DNA from: Bacteroidota bacterium
Lineage (GTDB): Bacteria; Bacteroidota; Bacteroidia; Chitinophagales; BACL12
Reading direction: 5' to 3'
Assembly: GCA_016718035.1 (NCBI GenBank)
Contig: JADKEK010000001.1
Span: forward strand, 961,233-1,025,232
Length of the DNA stretch: 64,000 nucleotides
Positions 9,976 to 20,161 of the stretch are shown piece after piece; position 1 is the stretch's first letter; the number at the start of each line of letters is the position of its first letter. Position numbers and translations under genes: made by a program. The notes beneath the pieces were generated by a model. It saw only the letters and a program-made list of their open reading frames with translations, had not been told where the DNA came from and searched no databases.

Positions 9976-10198
9976 AACAGCCGAAACCGCAGAAGGAAAT
10001 CAAAGAGAACAGCCCGCGAAGGGCGCAGAGTCGATTATAATTAAGTTTTATTGTGGATTGCATCGGACGGAGTCCTGCACACGGTGCTGTTGAATCAGAG
10101 ATTTAGCAGAGCAGAAGCAAAATTTTATACCATTTTATTTTGTATTATTTGCGTGGGTTCATTTTGGCCCTATGTGGTTTCGGCTGTTGCTGGAATTT
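9976..10198. repeat. Interspersed intergenic repeat, copy A (full length, inverted termini)
   Basis: The copy starts aacagccgaaacc (9976-9988) and ends ggtttcggctgtt (10176-10188), its reverse complement. The internal part (ggaaatcaaagagaacagcccgcgaagggcgcagag...gcatcggacggagtcc...gcagagcag) is homologous to copies at 29338, 34656 and 51604. The 9773..10063 ORF lies across it and is not conserved in frame among copies. Confidence 0.75.
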
Positions 10199-10363
10199 TT
10201 CATGCTACGTTTTTACTTTAATAGCTGTATTGGTTAATAAATGTTTAACCAAAAAATAAAATGAAAAATAAATTAGCGCGGAATTTCAATTGATAATTAT
10301 GAATTAGTTGTTTTTCCACATAGTTACTTTACAAATTGCCCTAAAATCATCAACTTTGAGGCA

Positions 10364-13300
10364 ATGAAGCAACTGCTACTTGTGTTTGTATTGATGTTTG
10401 CAGTCCATAATTTTTATGGACAATCTGCCTCATTAAGTGGCAAGGTAACAGATGCTACCACAGGTGAAACGTTGCCAGGCGTAAATAAAAATAACTAAAC
10501 GGTTGGAAAAAAAATGCGAAAGCCCCCCCCGCCCCCCCCCCCGCCCCCCCCCCCCCGGGCCCCCCCCCCGTTATCCTTACCGGAACTACATTTGGTGCCA
10601 TTGCCGATTTTGACGGGAACTACGTGGTAGCTGATATTCCTCCCGGCGAATACAATGTGCAGTTTACTTATATCGGCTATGAAAAAACAGTTTTTACCGC
10701 TCAAAAATTTAGCGCCGGCGAAAAGAAAAAATTGGATATTGCCCTAAAATCTACAGTGCTCACTTTTGATGAAGCGGTGGTAATTGTTGGTGAAAAACCT
10801 TTGGTTGATGTAGAAGATGCCAAAACTGGCTCAACACTGACTGCCAAAGAAATTGAGTTACAACCGGTGCGACAAATACAGAGTGTAATTAATATGCAAA
10901 CCGGTGTTGTACAAAGTTCCGATGGTGTGCATATTCGAGGCGGAAGAAGTTACGAAACGGGATTTTATATCGATGATGTTTCTGCTCGCGACCCATTGAG
11001 TGGAACTGGTTTCGGGATTGACATCGGGACCAATAGTATTTCAAAAATTGACGTTACTACGGGCGGTGCAGGTGTTGAATTTGGGAATGCAACTGCTGGT
11101 ATAGTAAATACACAGACAAAATCGGGTGACGATAAATTTGAATTTAACGCCGGATATAAACGCGATAATTTCGGATTTAATAAAAATGCAGGCAGCACTT
11201 GGAATCAACAAGTAATGGAAATGGGCATGGGTGGTCCGTTAGCTTTTAAAAAGAAACTGACATTTTATACTACCCTTAAAACGAATTTCAGCGATACGTT
11301 TATTCCAAATTCTCCAAATGGTGAAGGAAATGCTGCAGAGCAGGTAGTTTCATCACTTTACCCCAATACACAGTGGTCGCCCTACCAGGATAATCGCTGG
11401 GCAGGTATGTTGAAATTGGATTATAAATTTGACCCAAAACGAAGACTGAGTTTTACGTATTTAAAAAGTATAACCATAAATCAGGATTACAATATGTTGC
11501 GCGTTACAGGCAATGATGTAAGTTTTAATCCCGGTTATCAGTTTTTGTTCGCTTTACAACCTGATAATGCCAATACTTATACACATGATACCAATCTTGA
11601 AACAATCAAGTGGAGTCAAACCATTAGTAATACATTTAGTTATCAAATAACTGGTTCAAGATTGTATGTGAAATTGCGTGCAGATGCCAATGGCGCGCCG
11701 TGGAGACCTGATGTGGTGAATACTGAGTTTGACCCTGAAAGTATTGTCACCTATCCTGCAACTGTATTTAATCCTGATGATAGTATCGTATTTGTAAATC
11801 CGGGACCGGGTTTATACAATAATGGCGGTATTGCAACGCTATGGCATGATCATTATGTGTTGGAATATACTATTCGTGCATCAGCAAATGTTTATTCGAA
11901 AGACACACGCAATAAATTATTTTTCGGGACTGAATTAAAACCACAGGAATATCAGTGGATAGATATTACCAGACCATGGATTGGCGCTCCAATACAATTA
12001 GCAGATGGCAGCTATTCTCAATCGTATCGTTTGGGAGATATAAGTGATGTGTGGAAGGTAAATCCATTATCGGGTGCTTTATTTATTTCCGATAAATTAA
12101 AATACCTGGGATTAATTGCCGAAGCCGGTTTGCGATTAGAATATTGGTTCCCGGGAAAATTTTTGGATGATGCTGTCGCAGACTCCACAACTACTATTGC
12201 TCCTGCTTTTAGAGATGCATATTATGCCGACAGTTATGGACTTGGTGAACGCCGTTTTAAAATGCGTTTATTACCAAAATTTTCGGCTTCATTTCCAATA
12301 AAAGAAAATCAGGTATTGTTTTTTAATTACGGTCATAGCACAGTAATGCCGCATCCGAGTTATGTATATACCGGCATGGATCCTTATTTTGCTGATAGAA
12401 GGTACACTCGGATTTATTGGCAATCCGGATTTAAATCCTGAAGTTGATATTGCTTATGAATTAGGCTTAAAATCGTCCATTACATCTAATGATGCAATTA
12501 ATGTAACTGCATTTTGGAAAGATAAATATGATTTTATTACATCGAGTACAATTTTAATAGAAGATGTAACCGGTAGAGAAGTAGCGCGTACTATTCGAAT
12601 TAATTCCGATTATGCACGTGTTCGAGGAATCGAAATTGCATATTTAAAACGTATACAAAAATGGTTTAGCGGAAGTATTTCTTTAAGTTATAGTATTGCT
12701 ACAGGCCAGAGCTCATCAGCATCTGAGGCTTTAGGAGATATTTTGGCGACAGGTAATTCCGAAACATCGGTGGAAACACCATTAGCATGGGATAGTCCGA
12801 TTGATGCAAAAACATACGCCATATTTTTATTGGATAATACCACAGGATTATTCAATAAACCATGGATAAATAAAATGACATTATATACCGAGGCAATTTA
12901 TCGCACCGGAAAAAGATATACACCTTATACCTTAAAAGGCACAGAAGCAATTTCGGGCAGACCGATTTATGAAATTGTTTCTGACCCTGAGAAGCGATAC
13001 AGTGAAATTGGAGCAAGTAATTTTTGGTTGAATATTACTTATAAAAAATGGTGGGATTTAAAAACTACTCAGCTGGCATTTACATTTGAAATTACTAACC
13101 TTCTGAATACATTAAATACAGCCATTGTAAATCCTGTCACCGGTGAAGCTTACCAATATGGCGACCCGGTTCCAAGTGAATGGCGCGATCCATCATTTAT
13201 CGACCCACGCGATCCGCGATCTTACGGCACACCACCTGATAATCCAGCAAGATATTACGAACAACGGCATATTTTGGCCGGTTTGAGTTGGAAATTTTAA
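10364..13300 (+). pseudogene. TonB-dependent receptor with carboxypeptidase-regulatory-like N-terminal domain, disrupted twice
   Basis: ATG at 10364 gives MKQLLLVFVLMFAVHNFYGQSASLSGKVTDATTGETLPGVN and then hits a stop. The frame resumes exactly at 10570 (VILTGTTFGAIADFDGNYVVADIPPGEYNVQFTYIGYEK) after an 83-bp insertion. The plug and barrel continue in the ORF ending at 12441. A second frame change near 12390-12410 joins the ORF 12362..13300, which carries GNPDLNPE and ends in the aromatic residue typical of OM barrels (LSWKF). Confidence 0.8.
10487..10569 (+). other. 83-bp insertion ending in a 47-nt C-rich (G-rich on the minus strand) tract
   Basis: The sequence is aaaaataactaaacggttggaaaaaaaatgcgaaag followed by C8-G-C11-G-C13-GGG-C9. 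The flanking codons (..GVN | VIL..) are contiguous receptor sequence. The length is not a multiple of 3, and the insert carries an in-frame TAA at 10496-10498. Confidence 0.85.
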
Positions 13301-13390
13301 GTAATTAATTCAAATTATTGATTAGTTTTGATAACGCTTTTAAGCGTAATATTTAATTTTTTTACGGCATACATCAATAAATTAATTACA

Positions 13391-14107
13391 ATGAAAAAAA
13401 TAATTACTCCTCTCCTGTTTAGTCTTTTTTATTTGTTTTCTAGTAATATATCCGCACAGTTATGTAACGATATTCCTATTTCACTGGTTGGTGAATCATT
13501 TCAATTTAAAGCAAGTGATTTTATCAGTTATGGTGACAGCATGATATCATTTGAATTAATCAATCAGCATGCTACTTCTTTTTTTGCCTATCCTCAAGCC
13601 AAATTAATTCCAATAACTGCTTTACCCGATGGTATGTCATTAGCTACAGTTAATTTGGATTGGATGGTATTTGCTTCTGCCTGGAATATCGATTCCATTG
13701 CACTTGTCCGTATTTATTACGATGTTGCAATGCCTGTTCCGGCTAATTATACTGTTACATTTCAACTATGGTTAAATAACTTATCTCCTGTTATCGACTC
13801 TTGTTATTTTACGGATAATTATGTGGTGAATCTGAATCCAACGGCAAATGCGGTGATGGATATTCGTGCAAATAATATTACAATATTTCCTAATCCCGTT
13901 GCACAAGGTCAATCTATTACTATTCAATCAGATGAAATGTTTGATGTAAAAACATATACTATCTATAACTTAGTTGGCGCAACAATTACATCCGGTATTA
14001 TTCAACATAATCAATTACCCTTAGATGGCATCCCACAAGGATTGTATGTTTTAAATATAACAGACAATTCTTTGAAAAACACAAACTTTAAATTAATAAT
14101 TGAATAA
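13391..14107 (+). CDS. T9SS-secreted hypothetical protein
   Basis: I chose the internal Met start, giving signal peptide MKKIITPLLFSLFYLFSSNISAQ. The C-terminus has a type-A CTD signature (IFPNPVAQGQSITI...GLYVLNI). Confidence 0.8.
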   Translation: MKKIITPLLFSLFYLFSSNISAQLCNDIPISLVGESFQFKASDFISYGDSMISFELINQHATSFFAYPQAKLIPITALPDGMSLATVNLDWMVFASAWNIDSIALVRIYYDVAMPVPANYTVTFQLWLNNLSPVIDSCYFTDNYVVNLNPTANAVMDIRANNITIFPNPVAQGQSITIQSDEMFDVKTYTIYNLVGATITSGIIQHNQLPLDGIPQGLYVLNITDNSLKNTNFKLIIE

Positions 14108-14677
14108 ATGAAAAATCTATTTTTTTTGGTTATTGTTTTGACAGCCTGCGCTGCATGGATAACACCACAATCTGAGGAACATTTAATTTACCACGATAAC
14201 AATGTGCAACTAAAATGGAAAGATTATCAGGGCACAGTTGAAGAAGATGCTAATATTACGGCTTTAACATCAATAGGTTTCAGGATGGGATATAAAGGTA
14301 CTGCACGCCAAGATTCATTAATTGTTGTTGTAGAAGCTTTTTTCGACAAACAAAATTCTTGGGTGAAAAAGGACACTACTGCTTATGCCTTAAAACATGA
14401 ACAACTTCATTTTGATATTACAGAATTATACGCGCGCAAATTAAAGCAATCAATTCAGAGTGCTTCGCTTACTTACAAAAATTACCAATCGGTAATGCGT
14501 GATTTAGAAAGAAAAGCACATAATGATATGAATACTGCAGATAGCATTTATGAGGTGGCAACCGATTATAGCAAGAATAAAGTGGAACAAAAGAAGTGGA
14601 ATGATAACATTGCCGTTGACCTTTCCAACCTCAAGGCTTTTGAAGCAGACACATTCAGGGTGGCAGTGCATTTATAA
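14108..14677 (+). CDS. DUF922-like putative Zn-dependent protease
   Basis: 189 aa with a signal or lipoprotein-like N-terminus (LVIVLTAC). It contains the HEQLHFD motif that I recall as characteristic of DUF922. Its start directly follows the stop of the upstream gene. Confidence 0.65.
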   Translation: MKNLFFLVIVLTACAAWITPQSEEHLIYHDNNVQLKWKDYQGTVEEDANITALTSIGFRMGYKGTARQDSLIVVVEAFFDKQNSWVKKDTTAYALKHEQLHFDITELYARKLKQSIQSASLTYKNYQSVMRDLERKAHNDMNTADSIYEVATDYSKNKVEQKKWNDNIAVDLSNLKAFEADTFRVAVHL

Positions 14678-14777
14678 GTCTTCGCTTACTTCTAAACAAT
14701 TCTTACTCAGGTACTTAACCTAGGTTAATGGTGGTTAAATTTGATTAGCGACTTTTCTTAACCTAATCAACCACACT

Positions 14778-16025
14778 ATGAGTAAGTTTCCCAAAACTTT
14801 GCTCATCCCCTTGTTATTACTTTTGCATGGCTACTGCCTTGCCCAGTCCGGTGATGTTATTTACATGCGTGCTGATTACGATGAGCCATGGTGTTGCGGT
14901 TGGGCGCCTTACGAATTTTCTAATCCATTAAATCTTACCGAGGTATTTGGACCAGGCGGATGGAGTTTACATTACTATGAATACACAGACGCCAATGCCA
15001 TTTTTAATGATAACACCTGTTATGTTTTTATGGAAGGCGGAGATGGCCATGCTGATATGATGGAGTGGTTTTTTTCGTGTAATCAAACACTAATAGAAGA
15101 TTGGGTTTATAATGGAGGCAGTTTGTTCATTAATGCTGCACCTAATGTTGGAGATGGATTGAGTTTTGGTTTCGGAGATGTTTGGTTATGGTATCCTTAT
15201 GCCTTTCCTACTGATGTGAGTCAGGATCCTGCAGGAGCAAGTCATATGATTTGGAGTGGTCCGTTTTTACCAACCGCCACCAACATGTTTGGCCCCGCTT
15301 ATGCCCATGCCTATGTGTCCGGATCAGGATTAACCCCTATTATCACCGAAACATATAATCAGGATCAGTTGGTGCTTGCAGAAAAAAACTGGGGTTTAGG
15401 GCATGTCTTTTTTGGGGGGATGACAACAGCCTGCTGGCATTGGCCTGAAACCGAAAGTGTAAACATCAGGCAAAATATGCATAGTTATATGTATGTGGTT
15501 TGTGGCCTTTTGTTATCGGAACAAGCACTGAGTTTCAAAGCACAAACATTTGCAGGAGGCGCATTATTAAATTGGGGGCTCGAAAACAGCGATTCAGGCA
15601 GTTATTTTGAACTATTAAGGTCAAAAAACGGCACTGATTGGGAGCTCATTTCGGTTATATCTGTTTCGGGATCGCTCGATTACGAAATGATTGACACAGA
15701 TCCACTGCAGGGTAAATCTTATTATCAGCTAAAGCTTAAAGATGAATTGGGTCGTACGCTTCAGGAAAAAATGGCTCCGGTAGAGATTGATGTGGCATTT
15801 GATGTATTTCCTAACCCTGCAAAAAATAATCTAGTGGTGAGCGGAATAGATGCTCAAGCTGCTGCTTATCAGCTATTTTCCATCGAAGGGAACGAGGTTG
15901 CAATAACATCTACATCTGGATTTGATGAGGTTTTGCTGACTTTTTCAGGTTTAACCAAGGGAAGTTATACCCTTTTGATTACCGCAAACGGTCAGCGTTT
16001 ATATAAATCTATCATTATCATATAA
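14778..16025 (+). CDS. T9SS-secreted hypothetical protein
   Basis: 415 aa with signal peptide (LLLLLHGYCLAQ). The N-terminal domain is Trp/Cys-rich and I do not recognise it. The C-terminus is a type-A CTD (VFPNPAKNNLVVSG...GSYTLLI). Confidence 0.8.
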   Translation: MSKFPKTLLIPLLLLLHGYCLAQSGDVIYMRADYDEPWCCGWAPYEFSNPLNLTEVFGPGGWSLHYYEYTDANAIFNDNTCYVFMEGGDGHADMMEWFFSCNQTLIEDWVYNGGSLFINAAPNVGDGLSFGFGDVWLWYPYAFPTDVSQDPAGASHMIWSGPFLPTATNMFGPAYAHAYVSGSGLTPIITETYNQDQLVLAEKNWGLGHVFFGGMTTACWHWPETESVNIRQNMHSYMYVVCGLLLSEQALSFKAQTFAGGALLNWGLENSDSGSYFELLRSKNGTDWELISVISVSGSLDYEMIDTDPLQGKSYYQLKLKDELGRTLQEKMAPVEIDVAFDVFPNPAKNNLVVSGIDAQAAAYQLFSIEGNEVAITSTSGFDEVLLTFSGLTKGSYTLLITANGQRLYKSIIII

Positions 16026-16142
16026 ACACAATTTGGCGCGTAGTTTGCAAGTGATGACAAACTTTAACCTGATGTTAACATCACAGGTTAATTGATAACC
16101 AAAATATCTGTCTAATTTTAACACTTCAAATTACATCAAATT

Positions 16143-16892
16143 ATGAAAAAACTACTTTCAGCAGCAATCCTAATGTTATTTATTGCTGCATCGCCCTTAA
16201 AAGCTCAAAACCTCAAAGACGTATTAAACGAATACTTCGACGTAACCGGACAAAAAAAGATACTCAAAGTAGAAACCTTAACCACCTTTGGTAAAATAAA
16301 TCAGGGCGGACTTGAGATTCCATTTAAACAAATTACAGCCCGACCTGCTAATTTCAGAGTAGAAGGAACTTTTCAAGGGTTAACATTTTTACAAACATTT
16401 AATGGTACCGAAGCGTGGACTGTGAACCCATTTAGTGGTTCAACCGAGCCTCAACCAATACCTGCAGACCAGCTTAAATCGCTTAAAATTCAAGCTGATA
16501 TGGATGGCATGTTATGGGATTGGAAAGATAAGGGCTATAGTGCAGTATTAGATTCAACTGAAGATGTTGAAGGCACTAAATGTTTCAAAGTTGACGTAAC
16601 TATTGATTCAAACGACGTTTATACATTTTACATTGATACAGAAAGTTATCTATTGATAAAATCGCACGCAAAGGTATTTATGAGTGGTCAGGCTGTTGAA
16701 AGTGATACTTATTATAGCAACTACAAAGATGTGGAGGGTATGATATTACCAGGCCAAATCGAAAACCGTTATAATGGTGTTACCGGCGAACTCATAGTGA
16801 TTGACCGTTACGAAGTAGACACCCCTTACCCCCAAAGTGATTTTAACAAACCAGCTGTAGCCGAAACACCGGTTACTCCAGGAGATAATTAA
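16143..16892 (+). CDS. LolA-like / outer-membrane lipoprotein-sorting family protein (putative)
   Basis: 249 aa with signal peptide MKKLLSAAILMLFIAASPLKAQ. The overall pattern (ETLTTFGKINQGGLEIPF...FRVEG...) resembles Bacteroidota LolA-fold proteins. The assignment is from memory only. Confidence 0.5.
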   Translation: MKKLLSAAILMLFIAASPLKAQNLKDVLNEYFDVTGQKKILKVETLTTFGKINQGGLEIPFKQITARPANFRVEGTFQGLTFLQTFNGTEAWTVNPFSGSTEPQPIPADQLKSLKIQADMDGMLWDWKDKGYSAVLDSTEDVEGTKCFKVDVTIDSNDVYTFYIDTESYLLIKSHAKVFMSGQAVESDTYYSNYKDVEGMILPGQIENRYNGVTGELIVIDRYEVDTPYPQSDFNKPAVAETPVTPGDN

Positions 16893-16910
16893 TCACCAAA
16901 TCATTTAAAA

Positions 16911-16942
16911 AAGAGATACCTTTTAGGTGTCTCTTTTTTTTA
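16911..16942 (+). terminator. Rho-independent terminator after 16143..16892
   Basis: Stem agagatacc / ggtgtctct (one G-U pair) with a 5-nt loop, followed by T8. Confidence 0.75.
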
Positions 16943-16989
16943 TAAATTATTGTCTATCTGTTAATTATACAACTTAACTACTATATTAT

Positions 16990-19900
16990 ATGATGTTATT
17001 TACAAGTCTCAAAAAACAGGTAATACTGAGTTTACTTTCCGTGTCGCTGACAGGAATGTATGCACAAAATGTTATTACCGATGCTACTTTCAGCGCTATT
17101 GAAGGTCGACATATCGGACCAGCGCGAACAAGCGGGCGCATTGTTGCCATAGATGCTTCTGACAAGGACCCCAATTTGGTTTATGTTGGGGCAGCAGGAG
17201 GTGGACTATGGAAATCGAAAAACCAGGGAACTACCTTTAAGCCGGTTTTTGATGATTATACGCAAAGTATTGGGACTATTTGTATTGACCAGCAACATCC
17301 GGATACCGTATGGATTGGTACCGGTGAGCCTTGGACAAGAAACAGCGTTAGTATAGGCACTGGAATTTACAAAACCACAGATGGTGGGGAAAAATTTGAA
17401 TTCATGGGCCTTGCGAAAAGCGAGCGCATATCCAAAATAATTGTCGACCCAAGCAATAGCAATAATGTGTATGCAGCAGTGCAAGGGGCATTGTGGTCCG
17501 ACAGTGAAGAAAGAGGTGTATACAAGACTACCGATGGCGGTAAAACATGGAGCAGGTTGCTTTATGTAAATCCTTCAACAGGATGTGCCAGTCTTGCCAT
17601 GGACCCTAATAATCCACAGGTATTATATGCAGCCATGTGGGATCATCGCAGAACCGCTTATGATTTCCGTTCAGGTGGTCCGGGAAGTGGTTTGTATAAG
17701 TCGACAGACGGAGGAGCAAACTGGACTAAATTGAGTGCCGGATTGCCTGAAGGAACGATAGGAAGGATTGCCGTAGCTGTGTCAAAAGTGGCTCCTTATA
17801 GTGTTTATGCCTTAGTTGAATCGGAAAAATCTGCATTATATAAGTCTGTAGATAACGGTGCTAATTGGTTGAAAATGAGCGACCAAAACGCAATGGGTGA
17901 ACGTCCTTTTTACTTTAGCAACATATCGCCTGACCCTGTTGAGGCCGATCGCATTTACAAACCGGGTTTTGTGTTATTGGTGAGTAACGATGGTGGTAAA
18001 ATATTCCAGGGAGCATCAACTGAAGGTGGTGCTTACCACAGCGACACCCATGCATTTTATGTGAGTCCTAAGGACAATCGTTTTATGTATTTAGGGACAG
18101 ATGGTGGTGTTTACGTTTCTCGCGATAAGGGCAATACCTGGAGTCATTGCGAAAATTTACCGGTAGCGCAGTTTTATCATGTGAGTGTCGACATGCAAAA
18201 GCCCTACAATGTGTATGGCGGATTACAAGATAATGGCAGTTGGAAAGCCCCAAGCAGCAATCCTGGAGGCATACAAAACGCAGATTGGGAAACCATAGGT
18301 ATTGGAGATGGATTTAATGCATTTGCTGACAAAAGCGACCCTGACCTGGTTTATTGGCAATATCAGGGCGGAAGGGTTTACCGTTCCAATACTAAAACCG
18401 GTGAAAACAAGTTCATAAAACCCTTTGCTGACGCAACCACTGAAGATTTGCGTTATAACTGGAACACACCTGTCCATTTCGGCAAAAAGTCGAACTGGTT
18501 ATATATCGGCGCACAATACCTGTATCGTTCAAAAGACAAAGGCGATAGCTGGGAACGTATTTCCGGAGATTTAACAACAGATAACCCGCTGAGACAGCAG
18601 CAGGAAAAAAGTGGTGGGGTGAGCGCCGATAACACTACTGCAGAAAATAATACCACCATATTCACCATCAGCGAATCGGCATTGGATGCCAATGTGATTT
18701 GGGTTGGGACCGATGATGGCAATGTGCAAGTAACAACCGATGGCGGTAAAACCTGGAACCTGGTAAGCACACAAATTAGTGGACTTCCGCCGCTGGCGTT
18801 TATCTCAGGAATTGAGTCCGACAACTTTGATAAAGCCGCAGCATATGTCACCGTAGACGCCCATCGCAATGGCGATATGCAACCTTACGTGTTCTACACC
18901 AATGATTACGGTAAGACATGGAAAAGCCTTGTAAATGAAACAGTTAATGGTTATTGCCATGTGATAAAACAAGATATAGTGAATTCAAATTTGCTCTTTT
19001 TAGGGACTGAGTTTGGGTTGTATGTTAGTCTCGACAAAGGTGTTACCTGGGTTCAATTTAAGAGCAATATTCCGCAGGTTGGGGTATTTGATATGGCGAT
19101 TCATCCGCGTGACCACGACTTGGTTTTGGCGACACACGGAAGAGGTATCATTATCATTGATGATATTACACCTATTCGCAACTTTAAGATGGAGATGCTG
19201 GAAGCAGATGTTACCTTTTTACCAACCCGACCATATTACCTGTCCTCGGGTGGCATTGTTCAGGATTTCCCGGGAGATGATGAGTTTGTGGGTAACAATC
19301 CGAATGGGAGTGCTGTAGTCGCCTATTTTATGAAAAAGCGCCATATGATTGGTGAAATGTATATAGAGATTTATGACAACAAGGGGAATTACATCAAAAA
19401 GCAACCAGCCACCACGCGCAAGGGCTTGAACATCGTTCGTATTCAAACTATGTTGCCACCACCAAGAGTGCCGAGCTCCCCTAACCCATTGTTCGAAGCC
19501 GCTTTTGGGCCTGAACTAGAAGCCGGAGATTACCTGATCAAACTGATTAAAGGCAAGGATACGCTTAGTACCAAACTTACCATCAACAACAATCCCGATG
19601 TTAACCACAGTGCTGCAGACAGGCAATTGCGCCGCGAGTCGTTGTTAAAGGCTTACAATTTATTGGAAGAACTCGCCTATGTTGATTACCAGGCAATTGA
19701 AATCCGCAAGCAGACTTTAGCATTGGCAGACAGTGTTAAAAACAAGGGTTTGAGAGCCAATTCATTCAAATATGCCGATAAAATGGCTGCTATGCATGAA
19801 AAAATCTCTGCAACACAACCGGGTGAAGGCGGGGTTGCCGGTCAAATTCGTTTGCGTGAAAAAATTGCTGAGGTGTATTCCGCAATTGGCAGTTACGAAG

Positions 19901-20082
19901 GTAAACCAACCGACCTCCAGTTAGCAGCACTTTCGGTTTATGTAGATGCTGTTAAGGCTATGCAAAGTGAACTGGATATCCTGATCAAAGGGGATTTGGC
20001 CAACTATAACGCTGGCATAGTTCGCGCAGGACTTCAGCCTGTAAAGGTTAGCGACAAAGCCACCTTTATGCAGTCGAAATAA
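16990..20082 (+). CDS. BNR/Sortilin(VPS10)-like repeat protein (large secreted glycosyl-hydrolase-like propeller protein)
   Basis: 1030 aa with a signal peptide. It has multiple BNR/Asp-box motifs (TTDGGEKF, TTDGGKTWS, STDGGANWT, SRDKGNTWS, SKDKGDSWE, TTDGGKTWN, TNDYGKTWK, SLDKGVTWV). Confidence 0.85.
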   Translation: MMLFTSLKKQVILSLLSVSLTGMYAQNVITDATFSAIEGRHIGPARTSGRIVAIDASDKDPNLVYVGAAGGGLWKSKNQGTTFKPVFDDYTQSIGTICIDQQHPDTVWIGTGEPWTRNSVSIGTGIYKTTDGGEKFEFMGLAKSERISKIIVDPSNSNNVYAAVQGALWSDSEERGVYKTTDGGKTWSRLLYVNPSTGCASLAMDPNNPQVLYAAMWDHRRTAYDFRSGGPGSGLYKSTDGGANWTKLSAGLPEGTIGRIAVAVSKVAPYSVYALVESEKSALYKSVDNGANWLKMSDQNAMGERPFYFSNISPDPVEADRIYKPGFVLLVSNDGGKIFQGASTEGGAYHSDTHAFYVSPKDNRFMYLGTDGGVYVSRDKGNTWSHCENLPVAQFYHVSVDMQKPYNVYGGLQDNGSWKAPSSNPGGIQNADWETIGIGDGFNAFADKSDPDLVYWQYQGGRVYRSNTKTGENKFIKPFADATTEDLRYNWNTPVHFGKKSNWLYIGAQYLYRSKDKGDSWERISGDLTTDNPLRQQQEKSGGVSADNTTAENNTTIFTISESALDANVIWVGTDDGNVQVTTDGGKTWNLVSTQISGLPPLAFISGIESDNFDKAAAYVTVDAHRNGDMQPYVFYTNDYGKTWKSLVNETVNGYCHVIKQDIVNSNLLFLGTEFGLYVSLDKGVTWVQFKSNIPQVGVFDMAIHPRDHDLVLATHGRGIIIIDDITPIRNFKMEMLEADVTFLPTRPYYLSSGGIVQDFPGDDEFVGNNPNGSAVVAYFMKKRHMIGEMYIEIYDNKGNYIKKQPATTRKGLNIVRIQTMLPPPRVPSSPNPLFEAAFGPELEAGDYLIKLIKGKDTLSTKLTINNNPDVNHSAADRQLRRESLLKAYNLLEELAYVDYQAIEIRKQTLALADSVKNKGLRANSFKYADKMAAMHEKISATQPGEGGVAGQIRLREKIAEVYSAIGSYEGKPTDLQLAALSVYVDAVKAMQSELDILIKGDLANYNAGIVRAGLQPVKVSDKATFMQSK

Positions 20083-20098
20083 TTTTAGACCTAAACAT

Positions 20099-20150
20099 CC
20101 AAACGCATCATTTTAAAGTGAAAACTTTATGATGATGCGTTTGGTTTTTT
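20099..20150 (+). terminator. Rho-independent terminator after 16990..20082
   Basis: A 13-bp perfect stem, ccaaacgcatcat (20099-20111) / atgatgcgtttgg (20132-20144), followed by T6. Confidence 0.8.
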
Positions 20151-20161
20151 ACCACAACAAC

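Noticed and set aside
9773-10063. 96-aa ORF, and the similar ORFs 29327..29545 and 51590..51826
   Set aside because: All three lie on copies of the interspersed repeat. The copies are conserved at nucleotide level with indels that break any common reading frame, and there is no plausible start context.
10523-10569. Poly-C tract as a classical slipped-strand phase-variation switch of the TonB-dependent receptor
   Set aside because: The tract is preceded within the same insertion by an in-frame TAA and 36 nt of unrelated sequence. No change in tract length could restore the ORF.
10495-10704. 69-aa minus-strand ORF with a poly-Gly run
   Set aside because: It is simply the translation of the G-rich complement of the poly-C tract, running antisense into the receptor gene.
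18453-18869. 138-aa minus-strand ORF, plus other short ORFs inside 16990..20082, 22428..24392, 52164..54839 and the propeller genes
   Set aside because: They are antisense or overlapping shadow ORFs within long genes that carry clear family motifs.
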